In this document: positions 61,621 to 64,000 of the stretch, piece after piece
Position numbering within the stretch: the stretch's first letter is position 1
Layout of the letters: every line of letters begins with the position of its first letter
From: Promethearchaeota archaeon
Lineage (GTDB): Archaea > Asgardarchaeota > Lokiarchaeia > Sigyniarchaeales > SOKP01
NCBI GenBank assembly: GCA_048937405.1
Contig: JBHLNF010000001.1
Span: 224,001-288,000, forward strand
Direction of reading: 5' to 3'
Length of the DNA: 64,000 nt
Translations under genes and position numbers: made by a program
The notes under the pieces: model-generated
The model's input: the letters and a program-made list of their open reading frames with translations, nothing else
The model's database searches: none
Told to the model about the DNA's origin: nothing

Positions 61621-61998
61621 CTAATTTTCTCCTATCTGACTACCACAATTTGGACAAAATCTTATCCCTATGTCCAATTTTTCACCGCAGAGTGGGCAAT
61701 AATTAGGATTAGCACCAGTTATTCTTTCAGCTCCATTTGCTGAGGTAGAATAAGGAGATTGCTCCATTTGAGGTTGAGATGCATAAGGGCTTTGAATTTG
61801 AGTAGGTGTTATTTTAGTACTACAATGTATGCACCTATCTTCGGCTCTACGATAGTAAATAAGAAGATATATTATGAAACCAATTCCCGCAGTAAAAAGT
61901 AGTAATATTATTGCAAGGCATGTATCAATTTCTTCTCGTTTTAATAATACTTTCTGTTGGCAGCGAGGACACCATCCAGTGGGATTATGAGTTGTCAT
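61621..61998 (-). CDS. LITAF-like membrane protein with C-terminal zinc ribbon (paralog)
   Basis: Start MTTHN; CPRC...LLLFTAGIGFIIY...CIHC, then CPLC..CPNC. Confidence 0.7.
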   Translation of the reverse strand: MTTHNPTGWCPRCQQKVLLKREEIDTCLAIILLLFTAGIGFIIYLLIYYRRAEDRCIHCSTKITPTQIQSPYASQPQMEQSPYSTSANGAERITGANPNYCPLCGEKLDIGIRFCPNCGSQIGEN

Positions 61999-62051
61999 TT
62001 TTTTTTCACGGATAATTATACAATTTTGATTAGTATAGATAATATAAGTTT

Positions 62052-62444
62052 TTATTCTTTGAGAGAAGCACCACATTTTGGGCAAATAGAATCTTGACTA
62101 CTTATTTCTTCCTGACAAAATGGGCAATTTGCTATATTGTTCCTTGAGTGTTTTTCTTGTTCGATAGTTTGAAGAATACGGGTGATTTCAGCTTTTGGTT
62201 CTGGAATATCTTCACGAGAGTCATAGAAAATTAATTGATTCTGACATTTTGGACAAAGGGTCTTTCTTATAATTACATAATGGTATATCAGAAAAGCTAT
62301 TATTCCAAATCCTAATGAAGATATGATCACAAGAATCCAGATATTATAATACATACTATCAAATGATTTTCTTTTTGGTTTGTCAATTTCTTTCTCACAA
62401 TTATTACAGTAGGCAAATCTCCTATTTTTACCCATGTCTCTCAT
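62052..62444 (-). CDS. LITAF-like membrane protein with C-terminal zinc ribbon (paralog)
   Basis: CNNC...hydrophobic...CPKC, then CPFC..CPKC. Confidence 0.7.
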   Translation of the reverse strand: MRDMGKNRRFAYCNNCEKEIDKPKRKSFDSMYYNIWILVIISSLGFGIIAFLIYHYVIIRKTLCPKCQNQLIFYDSREDIPEPKAEITRILQTIEQEKHSRNNIANCPFCQEEISSQDSICPKCGASLKE

Positions 62445-62648
62445 TTAAAATAAGATAATTTATCCATTTAATTTTACTGGTAGCTTATTATAAAATACAA
62501 CTAAAAATGTTTCTTAACCATATCTAATTTTGTTAAATTTTTAATAATGTAAGGTAATTAAAGATAAAAAAAATAAGATCTTATTCATAAATATTTATTT
62601 AAGTGAAATTGGATTTTCTTCAACAAAAAATTAATTTCTAGAATTAAA

Positions 62649-63254
62649 ATGAAGCATAACTCCCTATTTATCGCACTCGAAGGTGGGGATGCAGCAGGAA
62701 CTACAACTCATAGTCACCTCCTTAAAGGTTTTCTAGAGAGTAAGGGACTTAATGTTTATTTAACTCAAGAACCATCAAATAGTAAAATTGGAACATTAAT
62801 AAGAGAATTTTTGAAAAATAAGCAAATCCCCCCTACAACAGATGCATTATTATTTGCTGCTGATAGGGATCTCCACTATAGAAATGAAATAAAGAAAAAA
62901 CTTGATGAAGGTTATATTGTTATATCTGATAGATATATAGAATCATCAATAGTATATCAGTCAGTACAATCTGATGAAATTACTGTCGAGTGGATTAAAA
63001 AAATAAATAAGTTTGTTGGATTACCAGATATTACAATAGTTTTGGATATAGATCCCGAAATTGCATTAGCAAGAAAACAAACTGAGGAATTGGAAAAATT
63101 TGAAGTAAATTCGTTCTTAAATAAAGTAAGAAATCTTTATCTTTCACGTGCTAAGGAAGAAAAATATCATGTTATTAACTCAGATGATATAATAGAGATA
63201 GTGCAAGAGAATATTCAAAAAATAGTTCTTGATAAATTAAAGAAATTAAGTTAA
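62649..63254 (+). CDS. tmk: Thymidylate kinase
   Basis: FIALEGGDAAGTTT, EP, LLFAADR, SDRY and SSIVYQ. Confidence 0.92.
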   Translation: MKHNSLFIALEGGDAAGTTTHSHLLKGFLESKGLNVYLTQEPSNSKIGTLIREFLKNKQIPPTTDALLFAADRDLHYRNEIKKKLDEGYIVISDRYIESSIVYQSVQSDEITVEWIKKINKFVGLPDITIVLDIDPEIALARKQTEELEKFEVNSFLNKVRNLYLSRAKEEKYHVINSDDIIEIVQENIQKIVLDKLKKLS

Positions 63255-63345
63255 GCTATATAATCAAATAACAAAACATAAATTATTACCACAACATAAT
63301 ACATAGAGATAATTTATTTCAAATTCAAATTTTTTTTAGATTAAG

Positions 63346-64000
63346 TTGAGTTCTGAAAAATCCCCACAAGATCAATTCTTTAAAATTGATAGAATATTTA
63401 ACTATGTTCAAAAATTTAGCTTTCCTCGCCTTTCTGGAACAACTGGAGAAAAAAAAGCTGTTAGTTTAACAATAAAAACATTTAAAGAAATTGGTTATGA
63501 GGACCAAAAAATCCAAAAAGAGGAATTTGAGTTTTCCGATTTCTACTCTACTACACTTATAAAACTGATAATGGTAATTAATTTGACCTTTTCATTGTTT
63601 GTATTGATGTTTACATATATTAACTTATATTTTACGATAATTATAGTAGGAATAATGGCTATTGTAGTTTTGTTAATTATTAAAGGTTTAAAAAATCCTG
63701 AAGATCCTGGATTTTGGGGAGAATATTATGGTAAGACTATTTTCGCTACTAATGTCTTTGTAAGGGTACCTGCTAAAAAGCTATCAACTGATCAAGTAGG
63801 AGATATTATTATATCCGCCCATTTAGATTCTAAATCCCAATCTTTTAAAACGTGTTGGAGGGTGTTTTTTTATAAAGTTTGGTTATATTGTGGAATTATT
63901 CTTGGAATATTTTTTGTTCTTTTATTTATACGCACATATACAATAATTAAAATAAATCTTTTGATAATAGGAATTGCAGTATGGACTCTTACTATAATAA
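63346..64000 (+). CDS. Membrane-associated M28-like peptidase (partial, runs off the window)
   Basis: Manual translation from TTG: FSFPRLSGTTGEKKA...TM helices...IIISAHLDSKSQ. Confidence 0.7.
   Translation, partial: MSSEKSPQDQFFKIDRIFNYVQKFSFPRLSGTTGEKKAVSLTIKTFKEIGYEDQKIQKEEFEFSDFYSTTLIKLIMVINLTFSLFVLMFTYINLYFTIIIVGIMAIVVLLIIKGLKNPEDPGFWGEYYGKTIFATNVFVRVPAKKLSTDQVGDIIISAHLDSKSQSFKTCWRVFFYKVWLYCGIILGIFFVLLFIRTYTIIKINLLIIGIAVWTLTII

Noticed and set aside
1-64000. Selenoprotein genes (UGA read-through) or SECIS elements, given selB, selC and spcS
   Set aside because: The TGA-ending ORFs I checked (ending at 2017, 3109, 8783, 21663 and 57955) appear complete or hit another stop soon after. I found no convincing SECIS by eye; a SECIS search was not possible.

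Overview
AT-rich archaeal chromosome segment, most consistent with an Asgard archaeon of the Lokiarchaeia type. The evidence is Vps28, Yip1, Rab/Arf-like GTPases, longin-like domains, a Loki-CTERM-type surface protein and archaeal selenocysteine machinery. About 1-32 kb is mostly core genes: SelB, tRNA-Sec, SepSecS, rtcA, ribosomal proteins, secY, cmk, adk and aroD. About 35-53.5 kb is an accessory region with an orphan DNA methyltransferase, a GH57 gene present as one intact copy plus split 5' and 3' remnants, an FG-GAP surface protein, a SIR2-TPR protein and a two-component/longin/GTPase cluster. About 53.6-64 kb is metabolic: AOR, Fe-ADH, shikimate genes and tmk. Three tRNA genes carry seven bulge-helix-bulge (BHB) type introns in total, including a two-intron tRNA-Sec and a three-intron tRNA-Ile(UAU). 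The strongest novel observation is a 29-nt BHB-type intron inside a protein-coding gene missed by the ORF track (57118-57317, minus strand). Removing it at the standard BHB cut sites deletes a stop and a frameshift and restores a complete 56-aa CxxC...CxxC zinc-ribbon protein, pointing to candidate pre-mRNA splicing by the tRNA splicing endonuclease in an Asgard archaeon. Several genes also appear to initiate at ATT/ATA/ATC. All calls were made by eye; no database searches were run.
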